From Andalucia godoyi And28 (taxonomy: Eukaryota > Protista > Jakobida): 64,000 bases of DNA. The stretch lies in NCBI GenBank assembly GCA_009859145.1, contig VRVR01000003.1, forward strand, positions 7,066-71,065, read 5' to 3'. Of this stretch, positions 21,501 through 31,900 are shown one piece after another. The notes under the pieces are model-generated. The model saw only the letters and a list, made by a program, of their open reading frames with translations, was not told the origin of the DNA and made no database searches. The first letter of the stretch is position 1, and each line of letters opens with the position of its first letter. Position numbers and translations under genes: made by a program.

Positions 21501-24500
21501 GATCTCTACCTTTCCAGAGATCAAACGCGGTTCCTTTCCAAGAAAACTGACACTTACCGAGGCGGCTCCAGAAGGAGGGATGGACCCCTGCATAGGAGAG
21601 AATGAGACGCAGCTGGAAACCACATCATTGACGACCAGCTTCCACTTGGAAGGCAGCAGAGATCGATTAGAAATGACGAATTCCTTGCGATCCGGAGTCC
21701 CCTTCAGCAGCCTTCCGAAATCCAGTTCGCTGCAGGAGAGATCAACCTCCGGAGAACTGCCAGTGCAGCAGAATCGAACACTCGTTGGCTCTGGGTTGTT
21801 CTCGATCGTCAGAAACAAGACATCCTCGCACCTGCCAATCTGCTTTGGCTGCGCTGAAACCACGAGCTCTTTTGTCTCTTCAGCTTGGAGTTCCGCGCTG
21901 TTCCAGGAAACCTGGAAGCTCGATGTCTGTTGCGACAGCATTGCCACCTTACATATCTGTGCAGAGCTTTGCTTGTTTGACACTCGAAGTCGTGATTGGA
22001 ACAACGACGCATCCGCTGAAGTAAGCCCATCTAGTTTTCGATTCGTCAGCAACGGCCCGAAATCGAACGTATTATCAACGAGATTGTATGCTTGCAGTGC
22101 CTTGGGATCCTCCAAGGATTTGGGCTTCACGACCTTGTAGAACATGTTGCGCGGTTCATCATTAATGCGAGGATAGTCACACGAACCACTACAAGACACA
22201 CCAAACTCAGCATTCCAGCCAACAATCATAAACGACAACACGCACGAGAAAGCGCTGGGCGTCTTGGGAGAGAAGGCAACTTCAATAGTCACGGAATTCT
22301 TTGCGTCAATGATCCATCTGCGACTTCGCTTCCCATCAAGCAACGGAGAAAACACATTAGACGCCTCGTAGTGAATTCCTGACTGATTCTGAATCGAAAA
22401 ACAGCTTGCTTGCGGAGACTGCGTTCGCAAATGTTCCGGACGGCAAACCATGGACATTGTAGGAGAAGGAACCGGATCTGACGCGTCCTTCGACATTTCA
22501 TCACTCAACTTCAATGCAGACATTGTCTCCGACAATGCATCATCCAATGGCGCCGCTCCATTCACATGCACATGCGACGCAAGGACCTGCTGAGATTCTG
22601 GCGATTCAAGATACTGGCAAAATTCCCTGTACTGTTCATCGAATTGCGAGAAAGTTACAAAGTCTGCGCCATACTTTTCCGCTGGATGAACCACTTTGGG
22701 TGGAGGAGGCGGTGGAGCAACCACTGATTCCTCTTTCTTTCCTTTCGCAGCCTTTTTGGCCGCCGCAGGATCCACAACGGGCGAAGCAGGTCGTGGAGGA
22801 GGTTCAGACCACACTTCATCCGCTTCTGAGTGCAGCCGTACTTCAAAGGCTTCCTTCTCAGACCGCAGCCTCTTGATTTGCATCTTCAAATTCTTCATCG
22901 TGGAGACTGCCAAATCATATGCCGTCTTCTGGTCTGTGCTCATCACGTCATAAGCGTCATCAGAAACAAACTGAACGGTCTGCGATTTCAACTGAGCCTC
23001 CGCACGGGCCAGGTTTTGCTCCAATACTCGAAGCACCCCTTTTCTGACATTCACGCCGTCAATCGACAACACATTGAGCTTCGCGTTTTCCTTGACGCTA
23101 AAGCCGACAATTCCTTGAATCAGAGAAACACAGGATATCTGGTATTTTGTGAAAATTCCATCGATGATCATGCCACTAGAGAAGGAGTTTGCAGAGATGA
23201 ACGACGATAAACAAGATGACAACAGCTCCGGTGAGAATTGAGAGGTCGATTCTCGATCCGCCGACGAAAGCAACGACTTCAACTCTTCCTGGAAATCGGA
23301 GGGAGTGGCCAATGCGGCATCCAAGATCTCGTCCATCGTGGCTACTGGTAACGAAGTGCAGCTTGCAATTCTCGAAGAAAGGACTGTTTTTCCAGACAAG
23401 CGCGGACCGTGGATGGCGTACACTGTAAAATCGGGAGCACTCGATCCATCGCTCTTGGTGAGAGGATCAGAAGACTGGTTCGTGAATTGTCGAACTAGAT
23501 TCTCATCCAATGACTGCCCAGGTGCTCGCTCCGGAAGTAACTGATACGCGGATGGTTCCGCAAACAACATGGCTCGCAAAGCATCGTCCTCGACAAGATG
23601 TTGGTCATCAAAATTGCGAGAGAACACCTCCAGGGGAACGTCAAGAGGATTTGACATTGTAAACGACCTCACAGACGAGGCATACGGCAGCACAGACCCA
23701 AACGGCAGAAGCTCTGTAGAGAGATGCACCCGCGGAGGACACCCGGATCCACGACAGATTATAGATGTCGTGGCATTCGCAGACGGGTCATTGCCGTAAA
23801 CGGACACCGGAACCTTCACAACGTACGCGCGTTCCTCTGTCGGCATGAACCGAAACTCGATGTCTACATGGCCCAGTGGGGCGACTTCTCCTTTGACGGG
23901 AACCACGTCAAAGACGCTTCCAAATGGAGGCTCAATCCGCTTCAAGCTCCAGTGCAGTGGCAGCGGTTGACTGTTCGAAAAACGAACAACAACAGTCTTG
24001 CAACGGCCCCCCAGGACGGAACCAAAGTCTATCTTGTCAGTTGAAAACTCCATCCGCGGTTCGACGACGTTGACGGCGAGATCGATCATCACAGACAGAC
24101 CAGAGCGGATGCGAAATGGAATGGACAATTTGTTCATACCGGTCAGAAGCACCTTTGAATTCAACGACACCGTGAAATCTTGGTATTCATTGGGAGGCAG
24201 CTTGGCGACCTTCTCAGGTTCCAGCAGGAATCCGGAATTTGCGAACAATTTTCTGTCATAACTCAAGGACACTGCCGAGTTTCCAGAATTCCACAGTCGA
24301 AACCCAACCGATGCCGAGCCACCTCGGAAAACGTGTCCAAAATCGACTGTATATCGTGCCATATTCACTGCGCTGATGATTCCAATTTGCGCAAGAGAAA
24401 TCTCATGCAAAATCTGAGCATTTTCTGTCATCTCCTGTGCCGAATGGACACCATACTTCTGCACGCACTTCGCTTCAAACTCGTGAAGAAGCGCGGATAG

Positions 24501-27500
24501 TTTCTGCGTAACTATGCGCAATTCTGCTTCGGACTCCACCTCGAAGTTACGGGACGGCATCATGAACATGGCGGATCCAGACATTGGCGCCCCTGTAGCG
24601 GTGCGCGGGATATCACGACCAAATCGGGTGGGGATAGTTTCCTGAATGGCAGATACGCATTCCGCGAATTCCGGAGTCGTTATACGGGGGGCAGAAAGAG
24701 ACACCCTGCAGCAAGTGCCAGATCCTTTCACGATGATGGGCACGGGGTCAAGATGCGCGACACGCAGCAAAATCGTCTCTTCGAGACCAAGCGGCAGCCC
24801 TGCAGTAAACCTGCAATTCACTCGTGTCTTCTCGCCAGGACTGATTCGACCTGACAGGGCAGACAAGTCAATCACACCGACTCGCGAGCAAAGAGACAGA
24901 TCAAACGAATACGGGAACGCAACCTTTCCCGTGTTGAATATCATGATGTCCTTTTCTTCCGTGCGATTAAAAACAACTTCTCCGAAATCAAGCGTATTCT
25001 TTTCCAATCTGAACGATATAACGGAGGCCTCTCCTGACAAGGGGAAGTCATAAACTGGACCGTCATCGACAGAGCACAGTGCTGTGGCAGACACCCCAGC
25101 AGCATCCGTTCCGGAGAAAACGAAATCGACAGATTCGGACATTCCAGGTTTGAGATACCCTCGAATCGGCAAAATGTCCAGTGCGCCGGAGGGCAGCGGT
25201 GGCGAGCCATCAGGTACTTCAATCGTCCATGAAAATCTGGCATCGATATTTCCGCTGTTGGTGATTAGCACCGGAATCTTTCGGTCCGTGTCCTGCAATA
25301 CACAACCAAACCGAATCTCACGCTTATCAAACTGCAAATTCGGAAATGTCAAGCTTGCAAACAGGCTGATAAACTCCTTCGATGGATGTCCTTGAAACGT
25401 GACTACAAGACGAGACTCGATATCGTGTGAAGCCAAGTCTCTTCTGTACAACGGATCGCACCGTATTTCCACAGAAAACGACTCCCCAACCCCAACATCA
25501 AAGGACGACGGGGAAACCGAAAAGGGGACAGGAGCTTCGATGAAGCAACGGACGGGCAAGACAGTCACATTCTTCGCAGTCACAACAGCCGATAGCACAG
25601 ACTCTCGGTGTTCGCATTTGTGGAAATATGAAAACTGTGCAGATGGAGAAGAAAATTGCAGCACCGGGACCACAAAATTTGAAACAACCCGAACTTCCGA
25701 CACTGGCCTCCATCTTCGATCTGCTTCAACCTTGATTGGAATGATCTCCTCCACAGCCCCGCTCTTCTTGGATAATCCTACGACGCCAACATTCACGAAC
25801 TGACCTGGAGGAACGGTCAAGAACTCTGGTTCCATTCGGAACAACCGGGCTGAAGAATCGCTCTTGGTCTTCTCCGGTGCAAAGGAAACATTTTGCGCCT
25901 TTCTTCCTCGGTTTTCAAGGACGAATGTGTGGCACAAGGACTTATTCGTGAACTGAGGACCGAAATTGATTTTGTTTTCTGGTAAATTCGTGACAAGGCA
26001 CGAACCGTGGCCAACAGCCGCAAGCCGAACGTGCAACGAATCAGAAAATTCAAAATCAATCACTAACTCATCGCGAAATGCCATCGATTCATCGGGAACA
26101 ACGAACGCGTGCAGAATGAACGTCCCATGCGCGGGTACGACACCCCTGGTAACATCCACGCGAAACGGTGATCCACTGTTCTTGACAGCGCAAGAAAATT
26201 GCGCATCGACGGGACTGCGATTAACCAGAGACACGGGTTTTGAGTGTTCCTGTAAAACGGCAACCTTTCCAAAGTCTATAGAAGATGATGACGACTCGAT
26301 AATAGGACCTCGGACATTCATACGAATCATAACACTCTTGGCGGATTCTTCCGCTCCGGGAACACTAAAATAAATTGGTACTTGAACATCGCCAAGAATA
26401 CGAGGTATAAACTGGATATTCGCATCGTAACAACCATGCGCTGGCACAATCCCGCTTAACTGCGGGACAACAAGATTCAACAGGGGTTTTTCAGGGTCCA
26501 TTCGCGGTACACTCATCTCATACTTGGCTGAAAGATGGCTTTCATTCATAATGCTTACAACGTACGAGTATGTGTGATTGATAAAGCATTCTGGAACGTG
26601 AATAACGTCACGAGACAACGAAATGGGAGGCACGACACATTTTGCTAGAATGGGAAGAACATGAACCTCCTTACCTACACCATCGATATCCATCACAAGG
26701 GATATGTCGTACGATTTCTTCTGACACGGGATGAAGTCCAATTGCACATCCCCGCAGGTATGCGGCTCCAACGTTAACGATGGAGGTAGGATATCAAATT
26801 CACGCTTGATTTGCAGCAGATCAGAAGGAATACGGAACGACACCTTCATCGACACATCCGACGTATTTGACAATGTAATCCGTTTGGAGACAAGGAAAGA
26901 CAGGGAAACCTCTCCAAAATCAATGGAATTGCAATCAAAATCGAAACTTGGACCGACGCAGACACCGTCTACATGAATTACCAAAGGGTCGGCCCGACCT
27001 TCGATCTTCCAATCAAAGGATTCTGAAAACTCACCAAGAACATCCGAATTGAAAGTGACTCCAATGGTCTGTGACTCGCCACCAGCAACAACACCAGAGT
27101 CCGGACAAAATCGGAACTTCGAGCCGTACAAGCTTCGGTTGGGAACCAATTGGAAACGAGCGTCTATGTTGCCCGGATTCTCAAGAATAAAATCGAATTT
27201 GTAAGGCTTCGAAATAAATAACTCTCCGACATCTAATGAATCATATGTAAAGTTCGCTTTCGGTCCGACTCCGAGACCGGATAGCTGTAGAGGAATTCGA
27301 CCGGGCCGCCCGCCGACACAAAGAAACGCAAATCGCGTGTATGATGCAGCAGACTTTGGATGGAACTGGACTTCAACGTCAAATGACGTACCCGGCCACA
27401 GTTCTCCGTGATCTGGGACGATGGAAAACAGATCGTCGTCGAACAAATCCCTCACGAACGGGTTTGCGGCTCCGACAGCCGGAAACTCCGCCAAAGAATT

Positions 27501-28394
27501 TTGCTCGATGGACAATATATCGCTTCGAAGGGCATGTTGCTCCTCTTCAGCCGCCGTCGAAAATTTCTTCCATGCAAACGGAACCCGGTACGTGGAAGGG
27601 TTGGTAATTCTCACGGTCTTCCGAGACTGCAAACCCACAAACGTCGGATCGACGTTGACAGCCTGCGTACTCACTGTGATGGGAAGCGAAACAGCATTGC
27701 CAGTGAGATCGACAGTCGTTTCCGATCCATCGTCGCAACGCACATTCATTGCTTGGTTATGTTGTGCGACCACAGTCGGGTGAAACTTCACGTCCAACTG
27801 AAAGCCGCCATCTGGCTCGATGTACCCTTCGGAGGGAAAGACGCTGAAGGAGCCCTTGCAGTCAATCGAAAAGTGAGCCGGTCCGTCGCCAAGATTGCGA
27901 ACAAATATGGGGCGAGAAGAGTCCAGCAACACAGGAGCACTGTCGAAAGTAATGGATTTGGGAAAGTCCAGCCGTGAACGAGGTCCTGCTGCTTCGATGG
28001 ATACAGTGAACTTTTCTCTTTCTGTGACGCATTCAATCATAGTTTTGAAAATTCTTCGCTGAGGAAAAGTCAATTGCAGTGTATACGTGATTTCCATTCC
28101 CGCAGCAATTTTCTGTGAAGCCTTCGAAGGATCTTTGGGGACAATCTTGAGCCACGAAACAGTAGAGGGAAGAACTCGCAGTTTTCGAGCAATCTTGTCC
28201 TTGTTTCTGAATTTCAAAGGGACCTCATAGGTTTCCAAAGGGTCATACTGATCAACAAGAATGGAACTAGGAATCGGGGCGAATAGTGGCTCATCCACCG
28301 GCACAACCGTCGAAGCACCTTCACGCGAAAGGAAGACGTCGACAACACGGGGCCGATCCCGACCTTGCGAAAACGAAAAGCTTGATGTCTGCAT
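15582..28394 (-). CDS. HYDIN: Hydin, axonemal central-pair protein (ASH/Ig-like repeats plus adenylate-kinase-like domain)
   Basis: 4270-aa uninterrupted ORF. The N-terminal YEVPLKFRNKDKIARK and many ASH repeats (DFG.V...N.S/G) are typical of Hydin, as are the P-loop GPRLSGKT and the C-terminal PPWVFYVRG. Confidence 0.95.
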   Translation of the reverse strand: MQTSSFSFSQGRDRPRVVDVFLSREGASTVVPVDEPLFAPIPSSILVDQYDPLETYEVPLKFRNKDKIARKLRVLPSTVSWLKIVPKDPSKASQKIAAGMEITYTLQLTFPQRRIFKTMIECVTEREKFTVSIEAAGPRSRLDFPKSITFDSAPVLLDSSRPIFVRNLGDGPAHFSIDCKGSFSVFPSEGYIEPDGGFQLDVKFHPTVVAQHNQAMNVRCDDGSETTVDLTGNAVSLPITVSTQAVNVDPTFVGLQSRKTVRITNPSTYRVPFAWKKFSTAAEEEQHALRSDILSIEQNSLAEFPAVGAANPFVRDLFDDDLFSIVPDHGELWPGTSFDVEVQFHPKSAASYTRFAFLCVGGRPGRIPLQLSGLGVGPKANFTYDSLDVGELFISKPYKFDFILENPGNIDARFQLVPNRSLYGSKFRFCPDSGVVAGGESQTIGVTFNSDVLGEFSESFDWKIEGRADPLVIHVDGVCVGPSFDFDCNSIDFGEVSLSFLVSKRITLSNTSDVSMKVSFRIPSDLLQIKREFDILPPSLTLEPHTCGDVQLDFIPCQKKSYDISLVMDIDGVGKEVHVLPILAKCVVPPISLSRDVIHVPECFINHTYSYVVSIMNESHLSAKYEMSVPRMDPEKPLLNLVVPQLSGIVPAHGCYDANIQFIPRILGDVQVPIYFSVPGAEESAKSVMIRMNVRGPIIESSSSSIDFGKVAVLQEHSKPVSLVNRSPVDAQFSCAVKNSGSPFRVDVTRGVVPAHGTFILHAFVVPDESMAFRDELVIDFEFSDSLHVRLAAVGHGSCLVTNLPENKINFGPQFTNKSLCHTFVLENRGRKAQNVSFAPEKTKSDSSARLFRMEPEFLTVPPGQFVNVGVVGLSKKSGAVEEIIPIKVEADRRWRPVSEVRVVSNFVVPVLQFSSPSAQFSYFHKCEHRESVLSAVVTAKNVTVLPVRCFIEAPVPFSVSPSSFDVGVGESFSVEIRCDPLYRRDLASHDIESRLVVTFQGHPSKEFISLFASLTFPNLQFDKREIRFGCVLQDTDRKIPVLITNSGNIDARFSWTIEVPDGSPPLPSGALDILPIRGYLKPGMSESVDFVFSGTDAAGVSATALCSVDDGPVYDFPLSGEASVISFRLEKNTLDFGEVVFNRTEEKDIMIFNTGKVAFPYSFDLSLCSRVGVIDLSALSGRISPGEKTRVNCRFTAGLPLGLEETILLRVAHLDPVPIIVKGSGTCCRVSLSAPRITTPEFAECVSAIQETIPTRFGRDIPRTATGAPMSGSAMFMMPSRNFEVESEAELRIVTQKLSALLHEFEAKCVQKYGVHSAQEMTENAQILHEISLAQIGIISAVNMARYTVDFGHVFRGGSASVGFRLWNSGNSAVSLSYDRKLFANSGFLLEPEKVAKLPPNEYQDFTVSLNSKVLLTGMNKLSIPFRIRSGLSVMIDLAVNVVEPRMEFSTDKIDFGSVLGGRCKTVVVRFSNSQPLPLHWSLKRIEPPFGSVFDVVPVKGEVAPLGHVDIEFRFMPTEERAYVVKVPVSVYGNDPSANATTSIICRGSGCPPRVHLSTELLPFGSVLPYASSVRSFTMSNPLDVPLEVFSRNFDDQHLVEDDALRAMLFAEPSAYQLLPERAPGQSLDENLVRQFTNQSSDPLTKSDGSSAPDFTVYAIHGPRLSGKTVLSSRIASCTSLPVATMDEILDAALATPSDFQEELKSLLSSADRESTSQFSPELLSSCLSSFISANSFSSGMIIDGIFTKYQISCVSLIQGIVGFSVKENAKLNVLSIDGVNVRKGVLRVLEQNLARAEAQLKSQTVQFVSDDAYDVMSTDQKTAYDLAVSTMKNLKMQIKRLRSEKEAFEVRLHSEADEVWSEPPPRPASPVVDPAAAKKAAKGKKEESVVAPPPPPPKVVHPAEKYGADFVTFSQFDEQYREFCQYLESPESQQVLASHVHVNGAAPLDDALSETMSALKLSDEMSKDASDPVPSPTMSMVCRPEHLRTQSPQASCFSIQNQSGIHYEASNVFSPLLDGKRSRRWIIDAKNSVTIEVAFSPKTPSAFSCVLSFMIVGWNAEFGVSCSGSCDYPRINDEPRNMFYKVVKPKSLEDPKALQAYNLVDNTFDFGPLLTNRKLDGLTSADASLFQSRLRVSNKQSSAQICKVAMLSQQTSSFQVSWNSAELQAEETKELVVSAQPKQIGRCEDVLFLTIENNPEPTSVRFCCTGSSPEVDLSCSELDFGRLLKGTPDRKEFVISNRSLLPSKWKLVVNDVVSSCVSFSPMQGSIPPSGAASVSVSFLGKEPRLISGKVEIYVYDQYADVASSKEVSKKEILVKAETYDVDVECEIPKEGIFDFGVVKVGQEYEQKMSLSNKNTKYEVEFKFSFSKRSLQNVVRIEPLTGILKAGGKEKVPIRVIFKADNEQTFTNMRDIHCEYSDPGTKEHVGKFTLAVSSRAVFSKFTISPPFGLNFGPILFDSSKVRKLDIRNDGHFSFDFAVSENPTFDFSAQVPAVSNVKDSKKASAPAGGQSLSIGPFSVAPALGSLAPGATEAISVTFASREPGAFSRQVYLHVRDRDPNAFPQGLPYMLEAESCIPGINTTDLVSIFEEQQVVHGAESLNELKSVFVSQLRVFSFGTFLVGEDASERFKIANPQKVPVDVNIEIIPSSDVSKDTFFCDSTYLTIPSHESRYVAVSFKPSKLGAFSATFKAVPKGNGSASDLKFEMRGDATLPHISIEKPEPKSGTGYVLDFGRVVASKTMKQSIRVRNHGSVVAHVQALLSGSGYELAGGSSFQLSPSESRSLDVVFASSTEGSFEGALKLQVSKNTFEDNVIKLKAVCYLQNLVIENLPDDRSDAVSLGECPVGCPKKIDFLVRNLSADVVRFEACVLKAEGVKMTPSIGHLLGRSSKSVVLTWSPNASVSLAALQASLKVSFKRIRIVVNPHGSQEDGEDDEDVNDWDDRKVSVSWDRDSSGKTVKFVQPIPEPKFENIDTSSQDVLLPMEGTADVVSCDVDLSDIVFRSTFLFSSRMHKLRIRNTSKIPFSGTTSVTFSDPDTDLSTFSVSPAQFSVDPDQSLELAVSYKPQDMLPHTADVSISIVGLDRASEGCRSVHLVGVPECPIVHFETQFSTDYISTKRLPGLPGPDGVVGPLNPETRVLEIESRGVKVRNVRRFYVLNPTNLSYDFVLVPGVANARAPGVRCLTQYGTIHSGKKFELVFEFIPDSLSVSEAFWSFEIKSHSIAIPLMVVGRAAEPDVLFEKGHVLFRPLLVGRRATEIVQLVNREHLPFAFSFENLDSTSDSNQIVRVSPLSGTVPAEGQTPVELTFAPDVEQSYNINLRCVVKKKPTPLNLNVKGDAYMVKDSLYVIDVDGTTVEVFGGVSNVNSIDFGRIYVGQSVEKRLRIVNSGRYPFDYNFSSSSSKHLSFSPTMGTVPKGETSLVTVAFAPTAEVRLDRFKSVCKVTNGRTYLFELSGWAARPQLRFSFYYFDFGPSFIYHPGATPSSTNLVVYNDDSTDVSFDVLFENSAHLEVKASPTVLKPGQSQVIQISFYPREAKKYRDVVPIEVNGLAASTINLTIEGEGTVPRLELVNAAHQSVSFGSVRVGDSSSRSVGITNKSKIAASIAIDEQALRELGITVQPSQFVCRPSQSVYLNVVFAPQLRVRPFKNLAVPLTMNGQTLPLFSMSGTAQGFEVKLDPSIVSFGPVVERSSSIQKIMIENSGDIGVAFKVARLSPGTDFSLSPVDGFVAPHADGTVEVVFCPSSLSGTHPEERSAKFAVYVEGLSEPLPISCSGTCVVKPPASETIRFSTAVRTPVSKKVTIKNPSKTEWNLRPIIDNDAWKVNVPVVNVAAGQQMQIDVVYHPLSMTSAGALHKGSMFIPCPDGSALLFSFEGEANAPVAEASAAQAVTVPSKSQYVHSLTVKNWLRAPQRFRVVMDLNKHAATSVKCLDYIDVPAGLSRDFKLTIYAFVESTTSGKITFINDETREYCFFNISIQHSPPKPISEIRLETHVRQPSAYALRVDNPLAEDVPLTLSCSSASVFVEGPLVAKSMQETALSLIFMPLLAGNEKDVTLMLKSDKLGAFPYTMHLTAHPAPLEKSYHFEVPLGSTLSQTVRFASFSKNAIDFNVDLQPSDFEAAKTVKAAASPSGKDGIEVSLPVSFTPRSLGPSKAVLRVSHPQGGEYVFTLSGACIAPRPQGPFDVKSGQSVNIPFTNVFKDNAVFNLTIDNPAFIVKPTETVPAGKAAAFAVQYKPSGTATAPVVGKLVVSNDKCPPWVFYVRGLPA

Positions 28395-28935
28395 AATAAT
28401 CGAATGTAATTTAAGAAGAAAGTTTTGTCACCAACCGGAATGAGAGAGGAGAGAAAGAAATAAGAACAAAAAGAATAGAAACATGAGTAGTGCAGACCGG
28501 GCGATCGGGAAAAATAAAAGGAAAAATAAAATGGACGAGGCCAAAACAGCCAAACACCCACCACGCCTATGTGGATCGATCGAGTAACAAACGCTCAGGA
28601 GGCGGGAATCAACGATCAATTGCATGCATATCCTAGCATCACATACCCAAAAATGTCACCGTGTCATTCCCGGTGTCACAGCAAAAAACAAAAACCAAAA
28701 CCCGATAGAAAAGAAAAGACACTTAAGGGCATTCTTTTCATGGAGGGAAAGTCTCAACATTTGAATCACACGAGAAAGCCATAGGTTCACAACACTTCCC
28801 CTCCCCTCCTCCCAATCGCATCTTCTTTTTCCCTTTCTTTTGCAACAAAAAAGAAAAAGGGAAAAAAAAAAGAAGAAAAAAAGGAATCTGACACAAAAAT
28901 ATTACAATCCCAAAGTTTGTTTTTGGCCGACAAGC

Positions 28936-31900
28936 ATGATAGATTTGAGTTGTATTGAAGGATCGCAGATCCAGCAAATTTTGGATGAAACTTCGGAAGA
29001 CAACATTGCTGAAGTGGAGCATGCTCTGCGAAAGGTATGCAGTTTTATTTTGTGTTCTCGTTATTTGTTGCTTGTTTTCGCCCCCCTCCTCCCATCTTCC
29101 TTTCAATTCTTCTTTTGTGTTGCACAGGACTTGTGACAAATAGTGTGCCAGTGCTGACGAAACACTTGTTTTTTACCGACAGATATCTTTTGACGATCCC
29201 AAATCGAGACAACGAATCCTGAAGTCGCTTCTCGTCAGCTTGAGCCACGGGCCGCAGAAAAATGTAGGTGCAAGAACCAGATTGTTCCATCATCTTCTTG
29301 TGCCATTGCTTGATCTTCCGTCTAGCGCTTCGATCATTTGCGATTTGATTGAGATCGTGTCTTCTCCAACCTACGAGTACTTTGCAAATCTTCTCTTGAA
29401 AATCAACCTGATTCCGATTCATAGACTTTTGTTTGGCATTTCTCTATCCAACCATCCAATCAAAGAAAAGGCTGTTATTGGCGTGCAGATAGTGCGGGAT
29501 GCTGCGTCCGCTTGCGCGGACAAGGACATTCAGAGTCTTCCAATGCCATTTCAGCATACCCTGATGCAGATCCGCTCGTCCTTCGGGCTTGCAGTAGACG
29601 CTCTTCCTGGTGATTCGTCGCCTCTCATCGCACAGTTGTTCACGGACAAAACGATGGACGTCGCTACCCAGTTCTTTAACCAATCCTCCGTTTTGCCCGG
29701 TCTTTTGCGAGATCTTGGTCCTGAGTGTCTGTCCTCTAAAGAATCTGCCATTCGGGTGTTCAGTTCGCTGTCGGAAGTGACATCCGCGGAGCTGGCGGAA
29801 ACTGTGGTATTCATGGCGAACTCCAGCGCCGCTTCCCCTTCTACTTCTTGGAATATTGACAATTTCATCGAGGCTTTGCGGGATGTGCACCCTGCTGTTG
29901 ACTGGCACCAAGTGATCCAGAAACTCGATTATCCTGGTTTTGTGTTGTTCGACGCTAAAGCATTCGCGGTTTTGTTCACAATTCTTCGAAAATCCATTCG
30001 GGAATCTCCCTTCCCATCGAAGTATTTTTTGAGAAAGTGGACGAATGTCGATGGACAGTTGTCGCTTCTCAAGCATGCTGTCCAGATGCCACCGGAGCTG
30101 CTGTCCTTTGCTTCTTGCTCGGATAAGAAAGCGACGATTGACATTGTTGGCTATCAGTCAAAGAATTTGAAGAACGGGACATGGAATTCGCTCGATCTTA
30201 TCCGACTTCTTTTAGAAGTAGCCGGAGAAAATCGTCTTCCGGTAGTGCGCGAGATTTTAGATATCGCAAATCGGCAGTTTCCAGAAATACTTGTTCTTGC
30301 CCTTTTCGAGTCGCGGACGCCTCAGTTGCGGTTGACACAAGAGTATTCCTCAGCGATACTGCGCAAAGAGATGACGAAACTCGGCCAAAATGCCCCTCTG
30401 CTTACTCACTTGTGGAACGTGGATGCTACATTGTTCGCCCATGTTTTGATCGATTTGTACTACAAAGATCCTCAGATTCTGTTCCGAGTTTTGGACTTGG
30501 CACATGAATTGAAAATTCTGGGTTCCCTTTTACCCGGTAGAGACTTTCGGTTTGTTCTGGACCTTGCAGTGCTGAGTGCACGACGGGAATTCTTGAACTT
30601 GCGTGTATTCCTCTCGAAACGCTTGGCAGCAGACAAGGATGCGTTTGCAGAAGCCATTGTATCCTACCTTTCGGACAAATTGCTGCCTGTCACGGAGCAT
30701 GAGCAATCGCCATTGCCGAAAACCAATGTTGAACTTCCTGCGGAGGTCATTCTTATTTTCCTGAACTGTCTTGACGAATCCTCTCGTCTGCTTTCTGAGC
30801 CGCTTCAGGTCAGTGTGGTGAAGCTCAAGCAATCATTGTTTGTGCACTTCCCACTTTTGCGGGCATCGAAAGACAGTTTGGCGTCGTCAGGAATTTCCGG
30901 AAATTCTGAGCCTGTTGCGCATGCCGCGACTGCCACTTCGACTGCCACGTCTCCGGAGATAGAAGAGAGGGCGGATGCTCTCTTCCGGAAGGTGTACAGT
31001 TCCGAAATTTCTGTGGATGACTTTGCATCCAAGTTGTCTCAGCTTCAGAAGAGTGCGTCTGCGTTGGATGTGCAGCTTGCGAATTGCATCGTCCATAATC
31101 TACTGGAGGAATACCGGTTTTTTGAAGATTACCCAAAGAACTATTTGAACATCACCGCACAGCTCTATGGAACTATCATTTTGCGCGGACTCATTGCGGA
31201 TTCGCCACTATCTACTGCGTTGAATTACGTTGTGCAGTCTCTTCGGAAGAATGGAGACTCCAAGCTGTTCAACTTTGGAACAGTGGCATTGTCGTGTTTT
31301 CTGCAACGGATTCCCGAATTTCGTGAATTCAGGGACCAGTTGCTGCTAATGCCAGCTCTGATCAATTCCGATCCTCGCTTGAAGGCTGCACTGTCGGCGA
31401 CCCATGTTGAAAACTCGGAGTCTGTCGATCGAATTCGGATGGCGGAAAAGCCTACGAAACATGACGGAAGTGCAGATGAGGAAAGCGTCTCAGAGGACGT
31501 GCAGAACAAGATCCACTTCATTCTCAACAACATTTCCCAGACCAACTTCCCGACAAAAGTTGCCGAGCTCCAGCAGGTCGTGTCGAACTCCATTTTGTAT
31601 TTTGGGCGGTATTTGGTGAACAAGCGTGCTGCTGCAGAGCCGAATTTCCATTCCTTGTACATCTCCATTTTGGAGTCGATGAAGAAGAAGGAATTGTGGG
31701 ACATTGTTTTGGCGGCCACTCTTGAAAGAATCAAGTTTTTCTTGGAATCAAAGAAGGCAACTACCGCGGATCGATCGACCTTGAAGAACTTGGGTTCTTG
31801 GCTGGGCGCGATCACGCTGTCAAAAAACAGACCGATTCTTCGAAAGCAGCTGGACCTCAAGGAACTTATTTGCGATGCCTTTGACAAAGGAAAACTGATT

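Noticed and set aside
29240-29242. Track start of CNOT1 at TTG 29240, and other non-ATG or upstream starts (3676, 8978, 11150, 48884, 52670, 52859, 56129, 62926)
   Set aside because: These extensions translate T-rich UTR or promoter sequence. Downstream ATGs, or the spliced exon for CNOT1, fit family N-termini better.
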